Assembly (NCBI RefSeq): GCF_006345805.1
Contig: NW_021825121.1
Location: forward strand, 1 to 16,519
Length of the DNA: 16,519 nt
Direction: 5' to 3'
Source: Octopus sinensis
Taxonomy: Eukaryota
In this document: positions 1-8,811 of the stretch, in pieces
Position numbering within the stretch: position 1 is the stretch's first letter
Layout of the letters: each line of letters opens with the position of its first letter
Position numbers and translations under genes: made by a program
The notes under the pieces: generated by a model
Told to the model about the DNA's origin: nothing
Database searches by the model: none
Seen by the model: only the letters and a program-made list of their open reading frames with translations

Positions 1-109
1 TTCTGTATATACAAACACATGAACTCACACAATCACACCAACTTTCATATATGTGCGTTTCACCTGATGCACATACCTACACATATATATGAAGCTGATG
101 CTTACAACT

Positions 110-270
110 ATGTTCTTTTTTTATTGAGAAAAGGTTCGATGTCAACGGAAACTACTGGCTGTCTAAATAGGTGAAAATTAATCCAAATTTGTTCTGCAAG
201 AAGCTACTATTGAAATTTATGATATTCTCTCTCTTGAAAAAGGACTATGTCCGAAACGTTAGAGTTTTTA
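110..270 (+). mobile_element. Possible 3' terminal remnant of a Penelope-like element with a degenerate hammerhead motif
   Basis: 231-264 reads CTCT-TGAAAAA-GGAC-tat-GTCC-GAAACGT-T-AGAG, giving stem I, a damaged CUGANGA core, stem II and a palindromic ACGT stem III. Upstream frameshifted peptides FFIEK.../TTGCLNR* weakly resemble a GIY-YIG C-terminus. Confidence 0.35.
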
Positions 271-320
271 CTCTCCATGTCAAATCAACACAAACACACA
301 CGTACGCGCGTGCACCCACA

Positions 321-353
<33 letters not shown>

Positions 354-629
354 GTATATCATAGCTTCACCCTCGTTACACGAGAGAAGCCATTGCCAAA
401 ATGACTTACTGAAATGATTCATTACTGAGGTCATGTGATGCCCTTATATGACTTTTAAGCCCAGCCATACTTTTACAGATTTTATTACATACTGCACAGC
501 TGTGATGGCTGGTAGGAGAAACTGGGGCCACCATATGCACACTCTTAACGTTTCGTTTCAGACCTCCAACTTAGAGGCACACCCTTCGATATTTTACACA
601 TGTTCTGTTGTGAATTGTAATAGCCACAT

Positions 630-1090
630 CACCGTTCATCATGGGTTGATCCCTGTGAGATTTTTGATGGCTCACCAGGCCTGCACGAATCAAATACCTC
701 CTCCCACAAATCGCGATGTCTAGTCTGCTCATCCTCAAAATGCTGTGTACCAGTTTTGACCATACCCCTCCAGGTAGTATGGTTTGTGTCCAGTGTTTCA
801 AGTTCATCAGAGGGGATGTTGCAGAGCTTCAGGGATTTCTTGAGATGATCTTTATATCGCTTCTTTGGATCTCCATGCGGTCGGTTATCCTCTGCTAACT
901 CCCCAAAAAGGACAATCTTGAGTATACGGTTTTCCGGCATCCCGTTAACGTGACCCACCCAGCGAAGTTGACGTTCGAGGATCATGCATTCGATGCTGGT
1001 CAATTTCACTCGTCTCAGGATGTGTGCGGCTTATATACTCTTCTCCATACACTTTATGCAACTTTGTGTAGGCCTCTGAGCAGGTATCGC
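630..1090 (-). mobile_element. RTE-clade (BovB-like) LINE, 3' fragment of the RT ORF, decayed
   Basis: The ORF at 629-1009 reads LTSIECMILERQLRWVGHVNGMPENRILKIVLFGEL...PKKRYKDHLKKSL...WRGMV...FE, the typical RTE post-RT C-terminal region. After a frameshift it continues as ICGRRYLIRAGLVSHQKSH, the terminal C2H2-like finger. Stops and frameshifts lie upstream. Confidence 0.85.
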
Positions 1091-1645
1091 CATGACAACA
1101 TTCTCTGTCATGGTCAATGCGATGATCACACGCTACAGACCTACATTCCAAGCACTTCTGTAAGCAACGGAAGTGAGCTAGATCGCTAAAACTTAGTGCG
1201 CATGCACAGTAGGGTTTGAGGTCAATCGTTGCTAAGCAGCTTCACTCTGCATGCTTTAGCTTCGTTACTATGGCCACAGTCCGGATATTTATTGATCAGA
1301 CCTCGTACATATATATATATATATATAATATATATATTATATATATATATTATATACTACATACACACGCACGCACGCACGCACACATGTTATATCACTA
1401 ACGGTACTTCTCTTCAAGAACCCGTTTCGGGCTTCTGGGACACGTAATTTTTTTCTCTTCCCATCCAACACCTCCCAGAACAAGTTGCTGGTTGTACTGG
1501 CATTAGGTGGAGAATGCAACATAAATTTTACATAGTTTTCGAACAGACCCCTCCACCTAAGATCACGCATTCCTTGTTAACCTGCAGGACGGAAGATGCA
1601 TTATGGTTACTCATTGGTTACTCATAAGGCATTATGGTTACTCAT

Positions 1646-1878
1646 AAGGCGGTGATCTGGCAGAAACGTTAGCACGCCGGGCGAAATGCGTAGCCGTATT
1701 TCGTCTGCCGCTACGTTCTGAGTTCAAATTCCGCCGAGGTCGACTTTACCTTTCATCCTTTCTGGGTCGATTAAGTAAGTACCAGTTACGCACTGGGGTC
1801 GATATAATCGACTTAATCCGATTGTCTGTCCTTGTTTGTCCCCTCTATGTTTAGCCCCTTGTGGGTAGTAAAGAAATA
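1646..1878 (+). mobile_element. tRNA-derived SINE, family 1, full length with target-site duplication
   Basis: A-box-like TGGCAGAAACG at 1658-1668 and B box GAGTTCAAATTCC at 1720-1732. The central block CCTTTCATCCTTTCTGGGTCGAT...AGTACCAG resembles the Meta/MESC-type SINE domain from memory (unverified). GGTTACTCAT flanks both ends (1636-1645 and 1879-1888). Homologous copies lie at 3.3-3.7 kb. Confidence 0.9.
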
Positions 1879-2086
1879 GGTTACTCATTGGAACTCTTTT
1901 CATAATGCCCCATACGTTGGTCTCATTCGCACCAGGCACCAAACGGATATCTGTGTTGAACTCGTTTATATACAGATGTCATGCAATTTCAATTCAGATT
2001 GTAGCTTTCTCCTCCAATTTATGAGAAGGAACATGCAGCTCTTAATAATGGTTATATATCTCAGGCAATTTCAATTTAAATTGTAC

Positions 2087-2088
<2 letters not shown>

Positions 2089-2151
<63 letters not shown>

Positions 2152-2168
2152 CACACACACACACACAC
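2089..2168. repeat. (CA)n microsatellite
   Basis: Direct reading of the sequence. Confidence 0.95.
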
Positions 2169-2239
2169 ATATTATTACAGATAAATTCTTCTATTTACGT
2201 AATATCGAGGTCTCATTCATTCTATTGTTGTCTTACTAT

Positions 2240-2374
2240 TACTATTAATATATACATACATATTACATATATATATATAAATATAAATAAAAATAAATAT
2301 ATAATATATATATAATATATATATATAGATATATGTATGTATATATTTATATATGTATATATATATATATATAT

Positions 2375-2407
<33 letters not shown>

Positions 2408-2618
2408 CTATATATAATATAATATATATATATATATATATATCTCCACATATATATGTAGTATGTATGTGTGTGTATGTAGGTGTGTAGAAGAATAGAA
2501 AGGGAGAGGGAGAGAGAGTTAAACTGAGTACTTTCTTATTCTTTCTTTCTTAACATATATATCTGCATATGTGTATGAATGTATGTATGTGTGTATGTAC
2601 ATACATACATACATGCAT

Positions 2619-2690
<72 letters not shown>

Positions 2691-2710
2691 ATAATATATA
2701 TATATGCGCA
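2240..2710. repeat. Compound AT-rich, (TATG)n, (TACA)n and (CA)n microsatellite region
   Basis: Direct reading; it generates the spurious overlapping ORFs at 2519-2846. Confidence 0.9.
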
Positions 2711-3276
2711 TGTATATGTATACACACACATTTACAAAAACACAAACATACACGAACATACATTCAGCACACATCGCATGCATAGATTCTTACTTATGTG
2801 TGTGTGTGTGTTTTTTGTTTTTTTTTTGCCTAAAGATCAGGTTTGAAACAAAAGCTTGACAAATGGGATGCAGGTTTTGAAATTTAATAAATTATTTCAC
2901 GAGCTTTGGGTATTCTAAATCTCTAGAAAAAAAATTAAATCAAATGGAATATAGTTATTTCATAGTTTGTAGGTTATATTAAAGAAAAATCCAGGTTCCT
3001 TTTTTTTCTCGCTGAAATCCATTGGATCCACTTTTTTTCCCTTGTAAATATGGATTCCTTCAAATCTTCGCTAATTTGAACATTGCTGTGACAATTATAA
3101 ATATTAAACATTGTATATCGTATTGCTGAATCTAAAATATAATATGTCCCTTCCTACCGAAACCCAGCGAGCTGTTAGATCGGAACGGTTTCTGATTTAT
3201 CAGCTATAGAAATTGAAGCAAGATGTATTGCGAATTATTGCTTATGGGCAAACACATACTGGGTGTAGTTATATTA

Positions 3277-3325
3277 ATAATTCTCTCTACTATAGGCGTA
3301 GGGCTTGAAATTTTAAAGGATAGGT
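3277..3325 (-). mobile_element. SINE family 1, 3' tail remnant
   Basis: The minus strand reads AAAATTTCAAGCCCTACGCCTATAGTAGAGAGAA, matching the tail AAAATTTCAGGCTTTGTGCCTAGAGTAGAAAGAA of the copy at 3591-3712. Confidence 0.5.
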
Positions 3326-3357
3326 CAAATGGCTTAATTTGATAATAATAAACATAA

Positions 3358-3554
3358 TGATTTTGGCACAAAGCCAGCAATTTTGGCGGTGGGGGTAAGT
3401 CGATTACATTGACCCCCGTACTCAACTGGTACGTCTTTTATCGTTACCGAAAGGATGAAAGGCAAAAGTGACCCCGGCGGAATTTCATTTCAGACCGTGA
3501 AGACGGGCGAAATGGCGCTAAGCATTTTGCCGGTGTTCTGTCAGCTCGCTGCCT
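3358..3554 (-). mobile_element. SINE family 1, near full length, diverged
   Basis: The minus strand reads GGCAGCGAGCTGACAGAA...GGCAAAATGCTTAGC...AAATTCCGCCGGGGTC...GCCTTTCATCCTTTCGG...GTACCAGTT...GTAATCGACTT, collinear with 1648-1814. Confidence 0.85.
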
Positions 3555-3557
3555 AAC

Positions 3558-3558
3558 C

Positions 3559-3590
<32 letters not shown>
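3558..3590. repeat. (CAA)n microsatellite, forming the (TTG)n tail of the adjacent minus-strand SINE
   Basis: Direct reading; it abuts the SINE 3' end at 3591. Confidence 0.9.
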
Positions 3591-3591
<1 letters not shown>

Positions 3592-3712
3592 ACTTCTTTC
3601 TACTCTAGGCACAAAGCCTGAAATTTTTGGGGAGGGTACCAGTCGATTACATCGACCTAGTGCTCAGCTGTTACTTTAACCCCGTGAACAGGACAGGAAA
3701 AATCGAACTTTC
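3591..3712 (-). mobile_element. SINE family 1, 5'-truncated copy
   Basis: The minus strand reads ...GGTCGATGTAATCGACTGGTACCCTCCCCAAAAATTTCAGGCTTTGTGCCTAGAGTAGAAAGAA; the tRNA head is absent. Confidence 0.8.
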
Positions 3713-3715
3713 TCT

Positions 3716-3840
3716 CTATACATACATACATACATAATACATACATACATACATATATACATACATACATACATACGTACGTACGTACATACACACACAT
3801 ATATATATATATATATGTATATGTATATATAGATATATAG
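3716..3840. repeat. Compound (TACA)n, (CGTA)n and (TA)n microsatellite
   Basis: Direct reading. Confidence 0.9.
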
Positions 3841-3844
3841 TTGC

Positions 3845-3957
3845 AATTTGCAAAAGAAAAAGGCGAAGACAGTTGTCTAAGCAACAACAGGTGTATTAGT
3901 TTAACGCTCGGGAAGGTGAGAAAGTCTTTTACGTTTCGAGCCTACGTACGCTTTTCA

Positions 3958-3958
<1 letters not shown>
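3845..3958 (-). mobile_element. Short element starting with a degenerate hammerhead-like motif (possible Penelope-like terminal repeat piece)
   Basis: The minus strand reads CTGAA-AAGC-gtacgtag-GCTC-GAAACGTA-AAAGAC followed by about 80 bp of unique sequence. It is bounded on both sides by (TA)n. Confidence 0.35.
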
Positions 3959-4007
<49 letters not shown>

Positions 4008-4046
4008 GTGTGTGTGGTGTAGTATGTATGTGTGTGTGTGTGTGTG

Positions 4047-4081
<35 letters not shown>
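3959..4081. repeat. (TA)n and (TG)n microsatellite
   Basis: Direct reading. Confidence 0.95.
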
Positions 4082-4085
<4 letters not shown>

Positions 4086-4227
4086 ACGAGTGAGTGGACA
4101 CACGAAAGAAGGGCACTTAACCAATTTATTAAGAGTTACATGTATGAATCAAAACAGTTTGATTCAAATTCGTTGGTAGACTTGAGTTTCAAGCGCGACA
4201 AGCTTGGGACTTGAAACTCATATATAT

Positions 4228-4385
4228 ACATGACGGGCTTCTTTCAGTTTCCGTCTACCAAATCTACTCAGAAGGCTTTTGTTGGCCCGAGGTATAGTAG
4301 AAGACACTTGCTCGAGGTGCCACACAATGGGACTGAACCGAAAATCATGAGATTGGGAAGCAAACTTCTTACTGCGCAGCCACGC
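4228..4385 (-). mobile_element. tRNA-derived SINE, family 2 (CORE-like)
   Basis: The minus strand reads GCGTGGCTGCGCAGTAAGAAG...GGTTCAGTCCC (A and B boxes), then ACCTCGAGCAAGTGTCTTC at 4300-4318 (start of a CORE-type block), then GGTAGACGGAAACTGAAAGAAGCCCGTC. Confidence 0.8.
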
Positions 4386-4419
4386 ATATAGACACATACG
4401 ACAGGTATATATATCTACA

Positions 4420-4557
4420 AAATTATTTCACAAGGCATTGATCTGCTAGGCAGTGTAGTAAAATATACTTGCCCGAATGTGTCGCGTAGTCAAACTGATC
4501 CCGAAACCACGTGGTTGCGAAGCTGGCTTCTCAACTACATAGACATGGCTGTGCCTG
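4420..4557 (-). mobile_element. SINE family 2, older tandem copy
   Basis: The minus strand reads CAGGCACAGCCATGTC...GAGAAG...CGCAACCACGTGGTTTCGGGATCAG...GGGCAAGTATATTTTACTA...ATGCCTTGTGA...TTTGTAGA, collinear with 4228-4385. Confidence 0.6.
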
Positions 4558-4789
4558 AATAAATTTGTTTAGAGACTTATAATTCTTTTTCGGCATATGG
4601 TCAACCAGTCGGTTAATTATGATCGAAATCCAGCTGAATCAAACCTCATTATTTCTCTTGTGATTATTTTATCGAGTTGCCGGATTAACGAAAGACAAAT
4701 CAAACCCAACTTATATTTGAATTTGTGCTTTTAAATGAATGTAGACAAACAACATTAAATATTTCTCTAGTTTCAATCTGGCTCCCTAC

Positions 4790-4894
4790 ATTGTCGGCCA
4801 TATCTTCTGTACACTTTATAATTAACACAGTTTTTCCAGTGGAATCTGTGCGGAGGTGCGAAAGTGCGAAGCGGAGAGAGAAACCGAAGCATCT
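4790..4894 (-). other. Candidate spliced exon (5' exon of an unidentified gene or lncRNA)
   Basis: Acceptor TTCCTTTCTTTCTTCAG at 4895 follows an AG-free zone of about 176 nt. A consensus donor AAG|GTGAGT lies upstream at 5290/5289. The exon has 6 CpGs, ATGs at 4892 and 4801, and a possible donor AAT|GTAGGG at 4790/4789. No homology was recognised. Confidence 0.3.
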
Positions 4895-4929
4895 CTGAAG
4901 AAAGAAAGGAAGATAGATATATAAATCGG

Positions 4930-4967
<38 letters not shown>

Positions 4968-5522
4968 AAAGGCAAAAGAACCACCGGGGGAGATGTGGAG
5001 AGAGAGGGAGAGAGATAGAGTTAAAAACAAAGGTAAAATAATGGTCACATCAAAGGCCGAATATATTATTTGCTGGCCTTCTTTCAAGTGTTCACATGTG
5101 AAATAGTTAACCATATCACGTAAAATGATGGATGCTGAAAAGAAAGCAATTAAAACATCACTGACATCTTTGAAGTGAAATGACTGGATAAGGTCAACAT
5201 GACTTACAGATCATATCTTATGATCTCATTCATAACTAATGCAGCAAGTGTTAGCTTATTTACTACACAAATCACTTAATTCTACTCACCTTAGTTCATA
5301 ACAAGAGTTGCTAGATCAATTCCACAAAGAGTAGCGTACTGTGTTATATAGTAGCCCTAAATAAAGATTCGTTTTAGCTTCGCATATCTCCGTCTCAAAT
5401 TATTTTGGAAAATCATGAAATCAAGAGACTCGTTGAATTACTGGGATAAAATCTTCTTAAAAACTCCAAGTGCATCTTAAATTTCATTTCTTTATGCACT
5501 TATTGGAATGAAAAATCAAATG

Positions 5523-5606
5523 AAAGCAAAACAAAACAAACTTGTATGTAAGTATGTATATACGAGTATATGGGTACATCTATGTATGAATATGTGTGAA
5601 TGCATG
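5523..5606 (+). repeat. 84-bp direct repeat, copy 1
   Basis: 77/84 identical to 6659-6742 by manual alignment. Confidence 0.9.
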
Positions 5607-5623
5607 TATATATGTATGCATGT

Positions 5624-5679
<56 letters not shown>

Positions 5680-5843
5680 TGTATGTATGTCTGTATGTAT
5701 GTAGTTATGTATGCATGCATGTATGTATGTTAGGTATGTATAGTGAGTTAGTTGGTCCCAATTTAATTAGTTGATAATTCGATGTGATGGTCAATGGAAA
5801 TATTACTTTTAGAAATTAAAATTTTAAAGAAGGCCCAAGTTAA

Positions 5844-5844
<1 letters not shown>

Positions 5845-5903
<59 letters not shown>

Positions 5904-6080
5904 CATGTAATTGTCTGTCTGTTTGTAATAATATACGTTAATATGTATGTATGTAAGTAAGTATGTATGTATGTATGTATGTATGTATGTATGTATGTAT
6001 GTATGTATCTATGAATGTATGCATGCATGCATGTATGTATGCATGCATGCATGTATGTATGTATGTATGTATGTATGTAT
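5845..6080. repeat. (TGTC)n, (TATC)n and (TATG)n microsatellites
   Basis: Direct reading. Confidence 0.9.
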
Positions 6081-6161
6081 ATATAATAATAAATATTAGG
6101 GAATAAATCCAAACTTACAGGGAAAAATCAGATTTAGGATTGAATCCAATTTTATAGTAAA

Positions 6162-6408
6162 ATATTATATTATATTAAATTAGAGACAAAACCACTATTA
6201 GGCAAATCAAACAATGAAAAACTTAAGCCAATACATAAGATTATTTAATTTATATTATTTAGATATATAACAAAATTATAAAAATAATATAATTATTTAA
6301 TAATTTTGTTATATATCTAAATAATATAAATTAAATAATCTTATGTATTGGCTTAAGTTTTTCATTGTTTGATTTGCCTAATAGTGGTTTTGTCTCTAAT
6401 TTAATATA

Positions 6409-6417
<9 letters not shown>
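6162..6417. repeat. 256-bp palindrome with identical 118-bp arms (fold-back or MITE-like)
   Basis: 6162-6279 is the exact reverse complement of 6300-6417. The 20-nt spacer contains a further 7-bp stem (6282-6288 with 6292-6298). Confidence 0.95.
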
Positions 6418-6463
<46 letters not shown>

Positions 6464-6658
6464 GGTGAGAGAGTTGGTATGTGAAATCACATGTTTGGAT
6501 GTATAAAAGACAAAATAACAATGATAATATCATAGTAATAATACATATATTCTCCGATGTAAAGCGACATTTATATATAAACAAATTGACTGAATAATGA
6601 TGAGCTAACCCAAGCCAAAGTCGAATTAGTATGAAAAAAAAAACAAAAAAAAAGAACA

Positions 6659-6740
6659 AAAGCGAAACAAAACAAACTTGTATGTAAGCATATTTATACG
6701 AATATATGGGTACATCTATGTACGAATATATGTGAATGCA

Positions 6741-6790
<50 letters not shown>

Positions 6791-6844
6791 CATACATACA
6801 TACATGCATTCACACACATACTCATACACAGATGTACCCATATA
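6659..6844. repeat. 84-bp direct repeat copy 2 (6659-6742) plus an inverted partial third copy (6803-6844) around (AT)n
   Basis: 6703-6742 matches the reverse complement of 6803-6844 at about 36/40 with a 2-nt gap. Confidence 0.85.
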
Positions 6845-7271
6845 CCCATCAGCATAGATGGGTGTATGGGTAGATGTACCCAGGGATCCATCAGCGATTG
6901 CATGAGAATAACTACAATGATAAATAGATGCTCTAAAGCGTATGTGCATACACACACTCATATGTATATATATGCACACACACATACACATACGTATATA
7001 TGTTTGTGTGTATGAGTTTAATTTAGTATTCCTGGCAAAAGGGACACTATAACTGACTGGTGCTTCGTAAGTTTGCTGTGCCCAGGTCAAAACTGCAGTA
7101 TATTTGGAGAAGGGTATGGCAAAAGTCTTCCCTGTGTATTTTCACCTTTAAATATCTAGATGAAGCAGTTTATTTTTCATCGTTAACCGAACTATTCACT
7201 AACTGTATTATCATTACTATTGAAGCTAGATATAGACCCCCACACACACCACACGCACCATTTCTATATAG

Positions 7272-7940
7272 GAAACGGATGTAAACATCAATATCTTCGA
7301 TATGAATCAACTAATCTGGGCATCAACTGCAGCACTCTTCAAAGACCCTCAAAAGAAACCTTAAGACGTAAGCAATTTGAGAAAAACCGACACGCAGAGA
7401 TTGATAGGAAATAAAAAAAAGAAAGCTCAATATCTCTCTGTTCTTGTTGCGATCGAAAAACGAAAGCAAATAAATGACTCAATGAATAAATAAATAATAT
7501 AGAGAATAAGAGCGAGGCAAATACTATAACAATAACAATATGTAATGATAATATAATGTACACGAAATTATAGGACGCTTAAGATAAAAGGAGAATATTT
7601 GCGAAAATCGTTGGAAAAGCGTTGACGAGTTTTTGAACAGAACAGTTTTGTCTCCAACCAAAATTTTGAAAAAAGAAAAGGAAAAATTTTGAAGAACAAG
7701 GTAAAAAGCAAGAAGAGAAAAGAAAAGAAAACAAGGTGGTACTTACAGTAAAAAAGTAAAAGTATAAGTGTGTGGGGAAGTGTGTGGATAGTAAATGATT
7801 TGCTACGAATTATAATGCTGAAAACAGAATGATGAAGACATCATCAGGGCAACCATTGAAAGTAATAATTTTTATACGTAAAGCAACTGGAAGGGAACCA
7901 AGAAATGACGAAACGTTAAGCCTTTGGTCTAAATAACTGC
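7272..7940 (+). mobile_element. Probable R4/Dong-like (restriction-like endonuclease class) non-LTR retrotransposon fragment, heavily decayed
   Basis: Peptide islands occur in the order I recall for the pre-RT region of R4/Dong proteins: INIFDMNQLIWASTAAL (about 7285-7340), TLKIKGEYLRKSLEKR*RVFEQNSFVSNQNF (7575-7667), EDIIRATI, SNWK (7882-7893), then ND...LWSK*L. No RT core is present. This is motif recall only. Confidence 0.5.
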
Positions 7941-7974
7941 TACACATCACATGACTTCTCTCTCTCAGTATCTC

Positions 7975-8119
7975 CCTCTATATATATATTTACACACATC
8001 CATATGTATATAGGTATATATGTATACACACACACATATGTATATATATATATATATAATATATATATATATATTATATATATAATATATATATATATGT
8101 ACATATATATACGTATATA

Positions 8120-8150
<31 letters not shown>

Positions 8151-8199
8151 GCTTACACACAAATGCACACACATATATATATAGATGTATATATAGACT

Positions 8200-8231
<32 letters not shown>

Positions 8232-8284
8232 TGTATGTATGTATGTATGTGTGTATGTATCTATCTATCTAGCTAGCTAGCTAG
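7975..8284. repeat. Compound (TA)n, (TATG)n, (TATC)n and (CTAG)n microsatellite
   Basis: Direct reading. Confidence 0.9.
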
Positions 8285-8811
8285 AGTCAAAGACTTATAC
8301 AAATATATGTATATACGGAGAACGGCTTTTTCAGTAAACTTGCATTGAAAATACGAATGTATATTAAGTTTGTCTATTTGCTTGAAGTTTCAAGTATCTG
8401 CGAATCAGACTTTTATAGTTTACTTGGAAGAATAAAGTACTCACGTTATCAACATTTTCAGTCCCTCTCAGCGTCATCATCAGACAATGCAATTGTTTTG
8501 GCTTCTGTATGATCTTTTTATAGTGTCTTATGTTTATACAGGCTTTTCCGTCAGAATTTTGCCGTTTCACCGTTAAAGTAATCGGATTTACATTTGTCGT
8601 GTGTTTGTTCTGTGTCAAGTTTAGTCTTGTGTTACGTTATTAGCATTGCTTCCATAATCAATCATCGCCTTTTTCTTGAGAGAATTCTATAAGCTATAGA
8701 ATTCAGGTTGTACCGAAATTAAAGTAAAAGTGGGCATAACATTTTTTAGTAACTTACATAGGACATTCAAATTGCATATGTTGATAAAGTAACTCTACGT
8801 TTATGCAAAAG

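Noticed and set aside
795-810. CTGATGAACTTGAAAC on the minus strand, resembling a hammerhead core
   Set aside because: Only 4 nt separate CUGAUGA and GAAAC, so there is no stem II. It lies within RTE coding sequence (SDELET).
1390-2030. Unique, moderately GC-rich sequence interrupted by the SINE; one minus frame reads ITCPRSPKRVLEEKY, faintly like a LicD-family motif
   Set aside because: All frames contain stops even after SINE removal, and a single short motif is not enough to call a pseudogene.
8364-8618. 84-aa minus-strand ORF containing a consensus-like donor AAC|GTGAGT at 8445/8444
   Set aside because: No convincing acceptor and no recognisable homology; a lone GTGAGT is expected by chance.
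8682-8704. Perfect 10-bp-arm palindrome GAATTCTATA-agc-TATAGAATTC near the mariner end
   Set aside because: AT-rich 10-bp arms are expected roughly once by chance in a window this size. The position at the element end is suggestive only.
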